Counted from the first letter of the stretch, positions 31,881 through 43,904 are shown. The stretch is 64,000 nucleotides of DNA from Sporopachydermia quercuum (GCA_001599295.1 BCGN01000002.1:186001-250000), one strand, 5' to 3'. Notes: generated by a model not told the origin, from the sequence alone. Program-made: numbers and translations.

Positions 31881-34178
31881 TTAAAAAGTGTCACTATCCC
31901 ATCCGTCATCCGCCAGATTTTCCTTGCCCAGCTTTTCCAGTTTACTTTGCCGCCATTTCAAGTATTTACTTTCCAGGTCATTTTCAGAACCTGTAGGGGT
32001 TTTCTTGTTCCGAAGCTCCGGTTTTGTGATCCGAATACTTCCGGTTGGTCTCTGNGGTGAGTTTGAATTCGAATTTAATGACGAAATAGTGTTCATTTGC
32101 CGTTTTTGGACTGAAATCGGGTTTCTTGTAGGAGAAAGCTTCGGTACTCCAATTAAAATACTACTAGCAACAGAAGCAGGCTTTCCAATTCGAGAAATGG
32201 GGTACCGGCTGGTTATTCCGCTGTTTAGCCCAGTACTTAGTCCGCTGTGGAGCCCACTACTGCTTTGTCCGTTACCAATTCCGTTAGGACCCATCACAGG
32301 TCTTAATCCAGATTTTTCGGAACTTGAACGGACTGGGGTCTCCTCTATCGGAAAAGAGCGCATAATGTTATCTAATGGTGTACAAGGAACGAGATTTTGC
32401 TTCCGAACAGATCCTGAAGTCGAACTACTAACACTTTTCACTGTTAACCCGATATGTCCCGCTCTTCCGCTATTACTATTATTACTATTGTTATCGGGCC
32501 CAGAAGCCATACTAGGTCCCGAAACGCTTCTAACCACAGATTTTACAGGTGATCTTCTCCGAAACCTCAGACTTGGATCTGTTAACGTTTCCGCTACTCT
32601 TTCTCCATCTATAATTAATTCCTCCATTTCTTCGGTTTCCCATTGGCTCAATAGATTCTGCAATTCGGCATAAACTCTCGGTCCCCGCTTTAGAATACGT
32701 TTCCGCATATGCTCCTCTTCTAAAAGTCGAGACGGATGTGATCGGGATTTTGCGGAACGTGAAAGTAGCCGCGAAGAATCTTTCATTGATTCTTCTAAAT
32801 CTGCGGCATCTCGGCTTAATTCCCTGTATTCTTTCAGTAGTTCCAAAAGCGGTCCCATCCTTAGCCTTTTTGACTGCAATTTGGAAATTTCAGTCTCATG
32901 TGCTTCTAAAATAACATCGGAGAAGTCGGGACTATAGTATGGAGTAAACCGAGATCGCTGTTGCTGAGAATAGAACATTTCTGACCACAACGCAGATATT
33001 TCGGTTCTAGCATCTTGAATAAAAACTTCCATATATTGCTTCTTTTTCTCCTGTAATCGGAATAATTCGGATTGAAGAATTTTGATTAAAGTTCTGTTTA
33101 GTGGATGTTGGAGATGATAAGGTTCCGAGATTTTTGAATGGAATTGCCTCATGGAAAGTTCTGGCTCCGACAATTTTGACCATAGAAACTCGATCTCTGT
33201 TCGCATCTCTGATATATTACTACTCCGGGACGTTTGTACCGTCATCACTTCTGTTTTCAGTAGTTGTAAACGATTCACAGTTTCCTTATTAAGACCGAAG
33301 GTACCTTCTAATATTATATCTATGTTTTTGCTGGCTTCTGATATCTGAGAGATTTCGCTTTCGGAGGAAAATAACGGAATCAATGTCGGATCTGAGGCGG
33401 CGTCGAGTTCAGTTTGTATTCCGGAAATTATAAAGCATAGATTGTGTATGTCGCCCGCTATCGTTTCCAGTTCTTGGTAGCATTTATCTATTTGCAGCTC
33501 GACCTTAGTTAAATATGATGTTGTTAAAAGCAGTTTCGGATAGAATTGCATGATATCGGAAATAATATCGGCAATGTCGGAATTATCTTCTGTGTTTGTA
33601 GAACCGGGAGAGACGTGAGAACTCCCGGTTTCGGAGACAGAGGTCAGTCTCTGTTTATACTGGGTGATAGCTGTGGTAGAAAACAAATAGAAGTGATCCG
33701 AGATTTCGGAAGGAAAATCTGATGGCTCTCCGACTGGAAATCCCAATTTAGAACGAATACTCGATAATTCGTGACTCAGTTCGGCCAATTTAAAAAACTT
33801 GTTAAAAAACATCCTAGAGATTGATTTTGTCTCTTCATTTAATTGTTCATTGTATTGTAGTAGTGGGACTGTCATTTTCGTTTCAGACTCGGCTATTTCT
33901 GAGTCTTTGCCGTTTATGGTATCAAAGGAACTTTCCGGACTTAGCATCCGGGAAATCTCGATAAGATTGTTTTTAATCGTTTTGCATCTTTTCCGTAGTT
34001 TTTCCTGTTCGGCATCTATGATTTCGTTCTGTGTTTTTAATCTCGGCTCAATCTCGGTTGCGTAGAACGTCATAAGTCGGGCGCCAGCCTCCTGCTCAGA
34101 ATATCCAATATCTCTGTACTTTCCAAGCATATCCCGGGTCGTCTGTTGGAACAGTTCGGTCGCAGACTCCGAATTCAT
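31881..34178 (-). CDS. ASE1: Spindle midzone microtubule-bundling protein, MAP65/Ase1/PRC1 family
   Basis: Coiled-coil N-terminus; FIQDARTEISALWSEMFYS, LEAHETEI and DSSRLL...RLLEEEHMRKRI core; synteny. Confidence 0.9.
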   Translation of the reverse strand: MNSESATELFQQTTRDMLGKYRDIGYSEQEAGARLMTFYATEIEPRLKTQNEIIDAEQEKLRKRCKTIKNNLIEISRMLSPESSFDTINGKDSEIAESETKMTVPLLQYNEQLNEETKSISRMFFNKFFKLAELSHELSSIRSKLGFPVGEPSDFPSEISDHFYLFSTTAITQYKQRLTSVSETGSSHVSPGSTNTEDNSDIADIISDIMQFYPKLLLTTSYLTKVELQIDKCYQELETIAGDIHNLCFIISGIQTELDAASDPTLIPLFSSESEISQISEASKNIDIILEGTFGLNKETVNRLQLLKTEVMTVQTSRSSNISEMRTEIEFLWSKLSEPELSMRQFHSKISEPYHLQHPLNRTLIKILQSELFRLQEKKKQYMEVFIQDARTEISALWSEMFYSQQQRSRFTPYYSPDFSDVILEAHETEISKLQSKRLRMGPLLELLKEYRELSRDAADLEESMKDSSRLLSRSAKSRSHPSRLLEEEHMRKRILKRGPRVYAELQNLLSQWETEEMEELIIDGERVAETLTDPSLRFRRRSPVKSVVRSVSGPSMASGPDNNSNNSNSGRAGHIGLTVKSVSSSTSGSVRKQNLVPCTPLDNIMRSFPIEETPVRSSSEKSGLRPVMGPNGIGNGQSSSGLHSGLSTGLNSGITSRYPISRIGKPASVASSILIGVPKLSPTRNPISVQKRQMNTISSLNSNSNSXQRPTGSIRITKPELRNKKTPTGSENDLESKYLKWRQSKLEKLGKENLADDGWDSDTF

Positions 34179-34391
34179 GCTGCTTAATAGTATATTAACG
34201 ATTATAGCTCTTGATGTACTGTTCCGGCAACGTAAGATATATATTCAGCATATAACGTCCGATATGCTTCGGCATTTTCAGCTCTTTTTCTTTCAAAAAC
34301 AGTATTTTTATCCGACCTGTTCCTAATTTACTCTAAAGTCATCTATCGGAGCGTATGTATTTTAAAGTCATCGGTTCATGCGTTTCCGTTG

Positions 34392-34494
34392 GTAAATATA
34401 ATGATGTATGAGAGTAGTTTTTACAATAAACAATAAGGGATGCTGATGGGGGAGGTGTGTAGACAGTTGCCATTTCTGGTTGGTAGTAAACAAA
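34392..34494. promoter_or_regulatory. Forkhead-like sites upstream of ASE1
   Basis: GTAAATA at 34392, ATAAACAA at ~34426 and GTAAACAAA at 34486; ASE1 is a CLB2-cluster (Fkh) gene in S. cerevisiae. Confidence 0.45.
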
Positions 34495-35638
34495 GACTTG
34501 GCGTCTCACTTTTTAGTTTCTGATGAAGTAATATAAATTTTCGTCATACGTATTTTATCTCTGGTACTGTTCAAACCCAAAATTTGAAGTTCTACTGGAG
34601 TGGAATTGAACTTATAGTTTTGACAACAGAATGAACGGGGTATGAGTTGACCTAAGAATACATATATCCCCGTTCTAGATCATGTGATCTGGTACTGAAA
34701 AGCTGTTGATGCTGCCTGTTTGAGGCTTCAATGCAATTCAAAACAACTAAGAGCTAGAAATTAAAAGAGTGTTATGGAGATGATTTAAGATAAATAATAC
34801 GTATAAAATACCATATATATAAAATAAATACTAACCTAAAGCTGAAGCGAGTTCATTCCTAAGTTCAAACTGACTTTTGTAGTTATTTAGTATTCAAATT
34901 CCCAGGCACATCGGGATCAAAAGTTAGTGGTGATACTGGTCTTTCCTATCCTAGGACTTCTTATATATATCAAGCTGGCATACAGAATATGTATTTAGGT
35001 ACTACACTGCTATCATTATTTATATACGTCACTATCTAATGTAATTGTGAGCTCAATCATCGGTAATTGAATGGGTTCCTGTCAACCCTTAAACCATGCC
35101 TCATCACTCTAGCCTTGTCGAAAAGGGCCCTTGCATCTCCCTTCAGCCAACCAGCCCGCATTGCTTTGTTCTGACTTGGAACTCTCCCTTTTTGGCTGCG
35201 TTTCATATGCATATGCTACTGGAGATATTAGTTCTGTTTATTTACAAAATATTACTAATTCGTGTATCACTCACTACTGATATCAACACAATCAATACGA
35301 GTATAAATCAAGCTATAATCATTTTTTGTTTTACAGAGAAAGAAACAAACACGAAGCATTCCTTTAAGAAGGACATACTCGATAATATTTGAGTTTGTAG
35401 GTAGTTTATTGTTTGAAGCACAGACACGAAAAGTAAGAAACGAAGGTGGACAAACACAATAGAATTAACGGGACAAAGACAACGGAGCGGCACTGATTGA
35501 GTGAAAAAGCACCAAGTTTCAAGTATCATCCGAAATCAGTATTCTGTATCACTGGTAAAATACAGTCCGAGAACACGGAGGCTTGGTGATCGAGGCTACA
35601 TCGTAATAAGATAGGGCGAAATAGGACGCAGAGGAACG

Positions 35639-36991
35639 ATGACAACCAACTCCACGGCCGCATCAGCACCAGGCTCAGCCACTGAAAGCGTACCAGTGGT
35701 AAATTTACCGAATGACACACATTCAAACGGTTCAGTTTCCTCTTCTGGTGGTTCCGAATCTATCCGAATTCCGATATCTCGGTTTAGTCATTCTTCATCT
35801 GCACATACACATATTTTAAACTCGTCTTCGGGTTCGATTCCTGGGTTGCATTCGGTTCTAGCTTCTAATCCGGCTTCCGTTCCGGGTTCCTTAACCAATG
35901 AGCCACTTCCGAAACCTCCTTCGACTCCGAAATCCTCATGCATTTCTACTTATTCTGGTTACTCCTCCAGTTCTCCAACAGCAGAGCAAGAAATATCTCT
36001 CCCAAACTCTCCGGTAAACGTCAGAAACTCTTTCCTTCTAAGCCCAACAACTCCAAAAACTTCCCTCAAAGACATGCTACAATCTCCTGTTCAAAGCCCG
36101 AGTACAATCTCATATTCCGCTGGTAATCCTGAGAAAATTCAAGAAATGAGCCAAGCTTTAAAGGCAAGACTTTCATATGCTGTATTGAAAGTCCAGCGCG
36201 GATGCTCCACCAGTTCTATTGATGAATTAGAAGCGGCCGAACTTGAAGACCACAAACATCATCCGAGTTTTCACCCAAGCCCTATAATGCATGATCAAAT
36301 AACAAACCATTCGATACCCATGACTCCGAAACGTTCAGAAGAGCTAATTTCCAGTTCCATCTCTAGCAACACAAACAACATTAATTCGCCGGACGGGAAG
36401 AAGGGCTATGACCTCTTCTGGCAATCGCATCCGACTGTTCACACTACCAAATCGGGAATCATCGGAACTGGTTCCAATCGAGAGAAGAATTCTCACATAA
36501 CCTCTCCTAAGAGTAATCATAGATATCATTTGAATGCCCCAATAAAAATAAGGAGTCCAAAGTTTGAAGCTAGCCTGACTAATGTCAATATAAATACCGG
36601 ATCTGGAAGCGGATCTGGAGTTGGGGGATCTGCAGCAGCGACGGCTGCAGCTACAGCATTATCAACGGCTTTCATGATTGCCAAGTCACCAAGACCTCAG
36701 CTTTCTTTAGCATTATCGCCAAAAAGAAATGAAAGAATAAATAGCAGTATCAATGCATCTGCTGCAGCAGCTGATAGAAGTGAAGTTGATGCTGTGGAAA
36801 CTCTAATAGCATTATCATCACCAAGGAAAAGTCAGGGAAGCAATAGCAATAGCTTCCTTCATAATAGCAATAGCAGCAGTAGCATGAGTGATTCTAATCC
36901 TGACTCTCATGCTAATTCTAATGAAGCTGATGATACTGGCTATGTAAGTTCAGCAGAAACTGTGATTCTTGATGAAAGTGATAATGAATAG
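35639..36991 (+). CDS. Whi5/Nrm1-family G1/S transcriptional repressor
   Basis: GTB-like motif LKARLSYAVLKVQRG, many S/T-P CDK sites (TPK, SPK, SPR) and C-terminal DAVETLIALSSP. Confidence 0.75.
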   Translation: MTTNSTAASAPGSATESVPVVNLPNDTHSNGSVSSSGGSESIRIPISRFSHSSSAHTHILNSSSGSIPGLHSVLASNPASVPGSLTNEPLPKPPSTPKSSCISTYSGYSSSSPTAEQEISLPNSPVNVRNSFLLSPTTPKTSLKDMLQSPVQSPSTISYSAGNPEKIQEMSQALKARLSYAVLKVQRGCSTSSIDELEAAELEDHKHHPSFHPSPIMHDQITNHSIPMTPKRSEELISSSISSNTNNINSPDGKKGYDLFWQSHPTVHTTKSGIIGTGSNREKNSHITSPKSNHRYHLNAPIKIRSPKFEASLTNVNINTGSGSGSGVGGSAAATAAATALSTAFMIAKSPRPQLSLALSPKRNERINSSINASAAAADRSEVDAVETLIALSSPRKSQGSNSNSFLHNSNSSSSMSDSNPDSHANSNEADDTGYVSSAETVILDESDNE

Positions 36992-39079
36992 TTATCAATC
37001 AAATGTTTCATTCCATGTATTATTAATCCTGTTATTATTATTAGTATTATTAGTATTATATTCTTATATAAGTTTTCTATGATGAATTAATGTATAGTAG
37101 AAGAGTCTTCCCGGTGATAATGGAACGATTTGATGAATAATAGCAGAACCTGACTCCAGAATCCAAGAAATCCTAAACTTATTTGTTGACATCAATGGCG
37201 TTGACCGAATCCTCTTTTTTAGTCATTCTGAATATTATGTTAATAACCCTTTCCACACATTTTGTGTGGAAAAGTAATTAGATTTATTTGATTCATTTTC
37301 CTTCGCTTCTTTGTTCTGTTCTTATAGTCTTGTACTATGAACCAATCAAAAGTAGCACAATACAATAGAAATAAAGAGAGAGAAAAAGTTTTCTATCAGT
37401 TTTGGTTTTTATGATTTTCTACTAATATAAGACTCGTTTCAGGCTCCTCTTAATAATCATATTAAATTGTTTTGAGCATACCATCTAAAGACTGTTTACT
37501 AGCCACATTTCCCCAAGCAAGATGATGCTTTTGACGGTCTGAATCGACAGGAGGAGACTGAATAGGTTGAACAAACTACAAAAGCAAAGGAAGCATTACT
37601 TGAATATTAAAAAGAGTCTATTTCTCATTCTGTTATCTATTATAAACAGAATTCTAGCTAACAGCTTATACCTGCTGTACAAGAGAGTACTTCTCTTGCA
37701 AATTGGCAATGCGACCTCAAAAGTTTGAGAATCATAATAACTGCCAAGTTAACAAAGAAAAGAGATTGTAACAGTTATCTTGCACTTCAAAGGCAAGTAG
37801 GTCCGCTCATTATAAGTAATTCTAATTCGTTTTACTTTGTAAGAAGTCTATGAATCAGCGACATCAGTTGTTAAATCAATGTGCATTTAAAGAATGACTA
37901 TTGACACTTGGTATGCGAAGAAGCCAAGGAAAAAAGGATTTCACTGATGGAGAGGATATCCCAGAACTACTATTGAGCCAAATACTAACTATTACACTCC
38001 ATCAATAACACAACAATAACAATAACTATTTCCATGAAAGCTAAGCAATCTTTGCTGCTTCATGCTAAACTGATTTGCCGTAGATGTAGGTTTACTCCTA
38101 TTAGCTTCAATCATGTAATTGTGTGTAGTTATCTCTGTGGCCAACAGCTATTAATTCCTAATAATGTTTAGTCAAGGCAATGTAAATGCATTCATTACCT
38201 ACAATATGATATCAACTTTGCCATCGTTTTTTAGTTTCTGTTAAAAATGATGGTAAATCAGAGATAAGAGTTCTGCTTTGTAAGTATGGAAATAATGGTN
38301 TTCAATTCTTATTCAGTCTCCTATTCCCATCTGGTTAGTTTCTATTTTCATTTATCTAAGTAACTATCATGTTTTCTATTAAATCTGCAGTCTGGTTAGC
38401 ATATAGTATTTTATGGGAGCAATTGGGTTGGGATATGAAAAACATTCAGCAGGTCATGATATGCTTCTGCTAAATGTCCGGACTTTGCTCTTAGTATACA
38501 AGAATGTAATGAGGGAAAGATTAGTAGAAAAGTAGATCCGTTATATCCCAATAAATTGATATTCTTGGTTCGGACTAAAGAAACCGGAACTTAAAGCTTT
38601 CATGTCGGACCTATAAAATGGATCAAGAAATTTCATTATGTAGAGCAAAATATGAGGGTGAACTGATTGATGAGCCACTTGAGATCAGAGGAGATTCAAA
38701 GCAATAAGTGTATTACAAGTAAAATGACAGTTTGCTGAAAACTAGGAAAATAAGACAATAATACTATCAATTACAGCAGAGTAATTTGATGTTTGATAGG
38801 TCAGATCCATTTGCTATTTGCTATGTGCCCAAGAGGTTACTGTGGGAACGTCAATAGAAACTATCAGAAGCACCATTGTATCTTGATTTTGTATTTGTAT
38901 TTGTAGTTGCTTCAGTCAATTTTTTCTCACTAACCTAATCATGTATTCTATAATTTGACCTTTTTTTTTCTCATCTTCTTCTGTTCGTTGATAATGCATG
39001 CAATAAGTAGTTTTCTTAACTACGGATTAACTGATGAAGAGAGTTTTCCCAAAATAGACAATATGGTATTAGCGTTCAA

Positions 39080-39741
39080 GCACGTGGGGAAGTTAACAAA
39101 CGTTAATTTCTTAACTTCCATTTTTGGAGCAGCTCGTGGAAGCTTATACGGAAGCTTGTTAGGATCAAGAAGCTTAAGAATCCAATTACTTTACTTGAAG
39201 GGGTTATATTTCTACTTCTAAGGTCATCTATTATTCTTCTAAATCTCTTGGCTAATGTTATTATTAAATGCTTATTTTATTTAAGATGTCTTGGTTTCTC
39301 TTATTCCTTTCAAGGTTTTANTTTAGTATGTCAAGTGATGGATTTCTCATGATTTATTGATCCGGTTGCATTTCACTTCAATCGGATCAAGTGGATGAGC
39401 AGGCTATTCTTCTATTGACTATTGTTCATTCTCAACTCTCGATATGATAACGTGTCAAAAAAATATTTCTCTGGGATTATAACTTGAATAAAATTTGGGG
39501 TAATTTCATATTAATTACTTACAAGTTGTATACTTAAAATAAATGATTAAATGATCTGCGACCAATAGATTTCTTTATATGCCGTAAGATGTCAAACGTT
39601 TTGCTTTACTGATAAAAAATGTACCTATCATCTGTAAGGCTCAATTAAGTTAAACTTATGGGGACAATTTGATTTCAAACGACTTATTCAGGAGTCAGCT
39701 TAAATGTAAAGTTTATGACTTGTATGTATGTCTGCACGTTT
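39080..39741. promoter_or_regulatory. Pho4-type E-boxes far upstream of PHO84
   Basis: GCACGTGGG at 39080-39088 and GCACGTTT at 39734-39741. Confidence 0.45.
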
Positions 39742-41585
39742 ATTGCGATAGCAAAATGAAGAATTATGGAAAGAATCATATTAATAGTATCTATGTATAC
39801 AGTATGTTGACCAAGTTATCACAGTTATTCATTTAAATATTCATTTCAAGAGTGTTCTCCGGCACCTACCAAAAAATTATAAACTAACATAGATATCTAT
39901 ATTTCTAATAATGATAGAGCTACGATGTAAAACTGAATGCAAACTAGGGCTCCTAAAATTATGTTACCTGGTTGGGCACAAAGATCTCGTTACCGATGTG
40001 AGATGTTCAGTCTAAGGCAATTATAACTATGCAAGAAATAAAATATTTTCAGTCCACTATTACTTATAATTAAAATATAATTGTAACTATGAGATCAGAT
40101 GTTATTTATGGTCTTTTGATAATATGTCATTGGGGATAGACACTGTTATTCTTAACTATATGGTTCACCGTAAGAACGGTTTAAACGTTGGAAGTTTATT
40201 CTGGATCGGATTTAACTTCATGAGATTTTAGTTATTGGCACGCTAGAAAGAGAAATTGATTAAAGCTTAATATTACTTCGGTTTATCTGTTCGTTAAGTT
40301 TTATGAAATCCACTAAGCATAAGTTGGAGATTGAAAGAAACAGCAAAACAAGAAGAAAGTAGTAGTAAAACGAGCTAATTTGCTTTAATGCGGCTTGCTT
40401 GATAATCAAGTAGAAGATAAGAAAATTTGCGGTTCCCCTGACTGAACATCATGTACCATTTCCACTGATTCGTTCAATTCAAACCTAACGTTTAAACTTT
40501 AAGGTTTAGAAATGCAGTTTAAATATTGCCGTCTCTTGCACTCTTGCAGGATATCATTTCACCACATGGCATGAATTACTTCTATATAAAAAAATATCTT
40601 TCCTTCAGCCTTAGGTAGCAGCAGTCTCTAGGTTTTAATTCCGGTTTTCAACCATTGAAAATTTGTAATACTTCTTGCTTTAATAACAGCTTTACCGTTT
40701 GACTTTCTATTTAAGCCTTAATCTCTTTTAGACATGAGGCTTTGATATATCCTTCAGCAAGCCTAATCGCATTCATCTTTGACAAACATCGGCCTAATAC
40801 AGCTCCGTTTTTTCTTTTGGGAATATTTGTATTCCACCAGTCAAGAAAGGGTTTATTCATATAACCTTGATTGCAAACACATAGTAAAAAGCTTGTATTC
40901 AGTCTAACTTTTGCATTAGACTCATCGCTTCTCTTTCTAATAATTGCAGATGTCTTATTTTACGGCGGAGCACTAACCGGCTACACCATATAAAATTTCC
41001 AAACTATTTACCTCAAACTTATATACAGGCGTAATGCTATCTATATCCAAAGCATCTAGTGAGAAATCACATCCACGAGCTGCATTCAAACTACATGTTA
41101 GGAAATACTATGAAAGTTTTCTATTATATTTCGGTCATTAGTAAAAGCTCTATTTTTAAGTTTACCAGTAATTACATTTTCAACCATTAGCTCGTGTGAA
41201 CAAGGTTTAGACAGTTTGAACTTTTGTAAAGTTACGTACAGTATTAAACTGTAAGTTTAACCTTATGTTTCAGAAATTAACTCACTTCCTTCATTTGCTT
41301 CAATATTTCTATCCAGGTAATGAAGTATTTAGCACCTGGTACAGCTATTCTTTTTATCATTGAGTTTCTAGTTTATTATTTAAATCCTTCTTTTCCCAGT
41401 CTTTCATTCACCCTGCTTCCTTTATTCTTCCAATCTTAATTCTTTCTATTTTTTTTTTTTTTTTCATTTAAGTCTATCAATCAATCCACTCACATCACAG
41501 CTTCTTCCTTATAACTAAAATATCGTCTTGTATCAGAAGGTTTCACTCAATCACATATCCCTATAATTAATACTAAACTTCAAAA

Positions 41586-43304
41586 ATGGCTACCAAACCA
41601 GTCAGATTAGCCGGTGGTAACTCGGCTTTTCACAATTTCTTAAATGATTTCGATCATATCGAAGATCCTCTAGAAAGAAGAAGACTAGCACTTGAGAAAA
41701 TTGATAATGCAAGTTTTTCTTGGTACCATGTAAGAGCAATTTGCGTTTCCGGTGTTGGATTCATGACAGATTCTTACGATATTTTTGCTATTAATATTGC
41801 AATCGTTATGCTTCAATATGTCTTCTGGGGTGCCGAGTATGGTAGAAATGGTACCATTCCAACATCAACTACTACACTTATCAAAGTGTCAACATCAGTT
41901 GGAACTGTTATTGGTCAGGTGGGTTTCGGTACTTTAGCTGATATTTTGGGAAGAAAAAAGATTTACGGAACCGAATTAATTATTATTATTATTGCAACAA
42001 TCTGTCAAACATTAACTGCTCCTTCTCCAGCTATTAGCTTCCCCGCTATTTTTGCTTTCTGGAGAATTATTATGGGTATTGGTATCGGTGGTGATTATCC
42101 TCTATCATCAATTATTACTTCAGAATTTGCTACAACCAAATGGAGAGGTGCCATGATGGCTGCAGTATTTGCTAACCAAGGTTGGGGTCAATTGCTTGGT
42201 GCTATTGTTGCTTTAATTGGTGTCGCAGGCTGGAAAGGTACTCTAGAACAGGCAAATTCTGTTGCTGAATGTACTGGACATTGTACAGCTGTTGTTGATC
42301 AATTGTGGCGTTTGGTTATTGGTTTCGGTTGCGTTCCTGCCGCCGCTGCTTTATACTTCAGATTGACCATTCCCGAAACTCCCAGATACACTCTTGATGT
42401 TTCTCGTGATTTAGAAAAAGCTGCGGCTGATACTGAACAGTTCGCTAGTGGTAAATATGGTAATGCACCGGCTGATGAAGTTGAAAAGTTAAAGGAAACT
42501 ACTGCATCTGCATCTTATGAAGATATTTTACCACCAAAGGCTTCATTCAAAGATTTCTGGGCTCATTTCAGACAATGGAAACACGGTAAGATTCTTATCG
42601 GTACCGCTGGTTCATGGTTTTTCCTTGATGTTGCTTATTATGGTCTTGGATTGAACAATTCAGTTATTTTACAAACTATAGGCTATGCAAGTGATACTAA
42701 TGTTTATAAGTATTTCTATAATACTTGTGTTGGTAATATTATTCTTATCTGTGCAGGAAATATTCCAGGTTATTGGTTTGCAGCTGCAACAATCGATAAA
42801 CTCGGCAGAAAACCTTTACAAATTGCTGGATTTACAATTCTCACAATTATTTTCTGTATTATTGGTTTTGCTTATCACAAATTATCCGGTGGTGGATTAC
42901 TTGCTTTATACGTTTTGGCCCAATTATTCCAAAATTGGGGTCCTAACACTACCACCTTTATTCTTCCTGGTGAATGTTATCCTACAAGATACAGATCTAC
43001 TGCTCATGGTTTGTCGGCCGCTTCAGGTAAAGTTGGTGCAATTATTGCTCAATGTGTCTTTGGTCCTTTGATCAACCATAACTGTCCTGCTGGAGAGAAA
43101 AACTGTTGGTTGAATCATGTTATGGAAATCTTTGCTTTATTCATGTTCTGTGGTATTTTAACTAGTTTGTTAGTTCCTGAAACAAAGAGAAAGACTCTAG
43201 AAGAAATATCTGAAGAGCTTCATGGAGAAGTGAATATTGTTAAGAGAGACGTCTATAGGCAAACAGATAGTGAGACATCTGATAATAAGCAGCCAATTGT
43301 ATAA
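41586..43304 (+). CDS. PHO84: High-affinity phosphate:H+ symporter (MFS)
   Basis: GGNSAFHNF, ERRRLALEKID, GVGFMTDSYDIF, GIGGDYPLSS, TIPETPRY, GPNTTTF...PTRYRSTAHG. Confidence 0.97.
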   Translation: MATKPVRLAGGNSAFHNFLNDFDHIEDPLERRRLALEKIDNASFSWYHVRAICVSGVGFMTDSYDIFAINIAIVMLQYVFWGAEYGRNGTIPTSTTTLIKVSTSVGTVIGQVGFGTLADILGRKKIYGTELIIIIIATICQTLTAPSPAISFPAIFAFWRIIMGIGIGGDYPLSSIITSEFATTKWRGAMMAAVFANQGWGQLLGAIVALIGVAGWKGTLEQANSVAECTGHCTAVVDQLWRLVIGFGCVPAAAALYFRLTIPETPRYTLDVSRDLEKAAADTEQFASGKYGNAPADEVEKLKETTASASYEDILPPKASFKDFWAHFRQWKHGKILIGTAGSWFFLDVAYYGLGLNNSVILQTIGYASDTNVYKYFYNTCVGNIILICAGNIPGYWFAAATIDKLGRKPLQIAGFTILTIIFCIIGFAYHKLSGGGLLALYVLAQLFQNWGPNTTTFILPGECYPTRYRSTAHGLSAASGKVGAIIAQCVFGPLINHNCPAGEKNCWLNHVMEIFALFMFCGILTSLLVPETKRKTLEEISEELHGEVNIVKRDVYRQTDSETSDNKQPIV

Positions 43305-43904
43305 ATGAGAGTTAGGTTTTCTTTGATGTATATGCGTATTTAGATACATAGGAGGTTTTTGGATTTGTTTAATAAAAATTATTATTTCGTTTGATCTGGG
43401 GTGAATATTTGAAATGATCTGCTGAGTATCTTGTAGACATGTTCATATTGTCTTATTGATAATGAGCTAGCTAAGGATTTATTAGATTAACGTATTAAAG
43501 TAAATGAAATAAGAAATTTGAATATATGTGGTGACAGGCTGTTATAAGAAGCGGGCTACAAGTTAAAATTTTATTTATTTCAGGAGATAATAGAAGTGCG
43601 CTGTTCAGCAATTGATGAGATGCTTATTCATTCAAGGAGTAGATGGACATATAAAGTTCAAGTGAAAAGGAAACTAAAGTTAAGATTCTAATTGTCAATT
43701 TTTGCCATACTAACTTAAATAGTTTAAAGTTCAGAGATTCATTTTATATAGTTTCTATTTAGGAAATAGAGCAAACTTCGTCAACAGAATTCTGAGATGA
43801 ACTTAATGGTAAACATAACAGAATCATTGCAGTGTCTACGTCTACTGCATATATTTAAAACCGACTTCTGACCAAAAATACCTTTTCTGATTTTAGTATA
43901 CAAA

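Noticed and set aside
31888..32673. 261-aa antisense ORF over ASE1, and similar ones over SYT1 (8073-8633, 8814-9431) and the ABCG gene
   Set aside because: Shadows of Ser/Pro/Gly-rich coding sequence; no motifs and mostly non-ATG starts.
35830..35850. GGTTCGATTCC, tRNA T-loop/B-box-like
   Set aside because: Inside a CDS, with no cloverleaf or A-box context.
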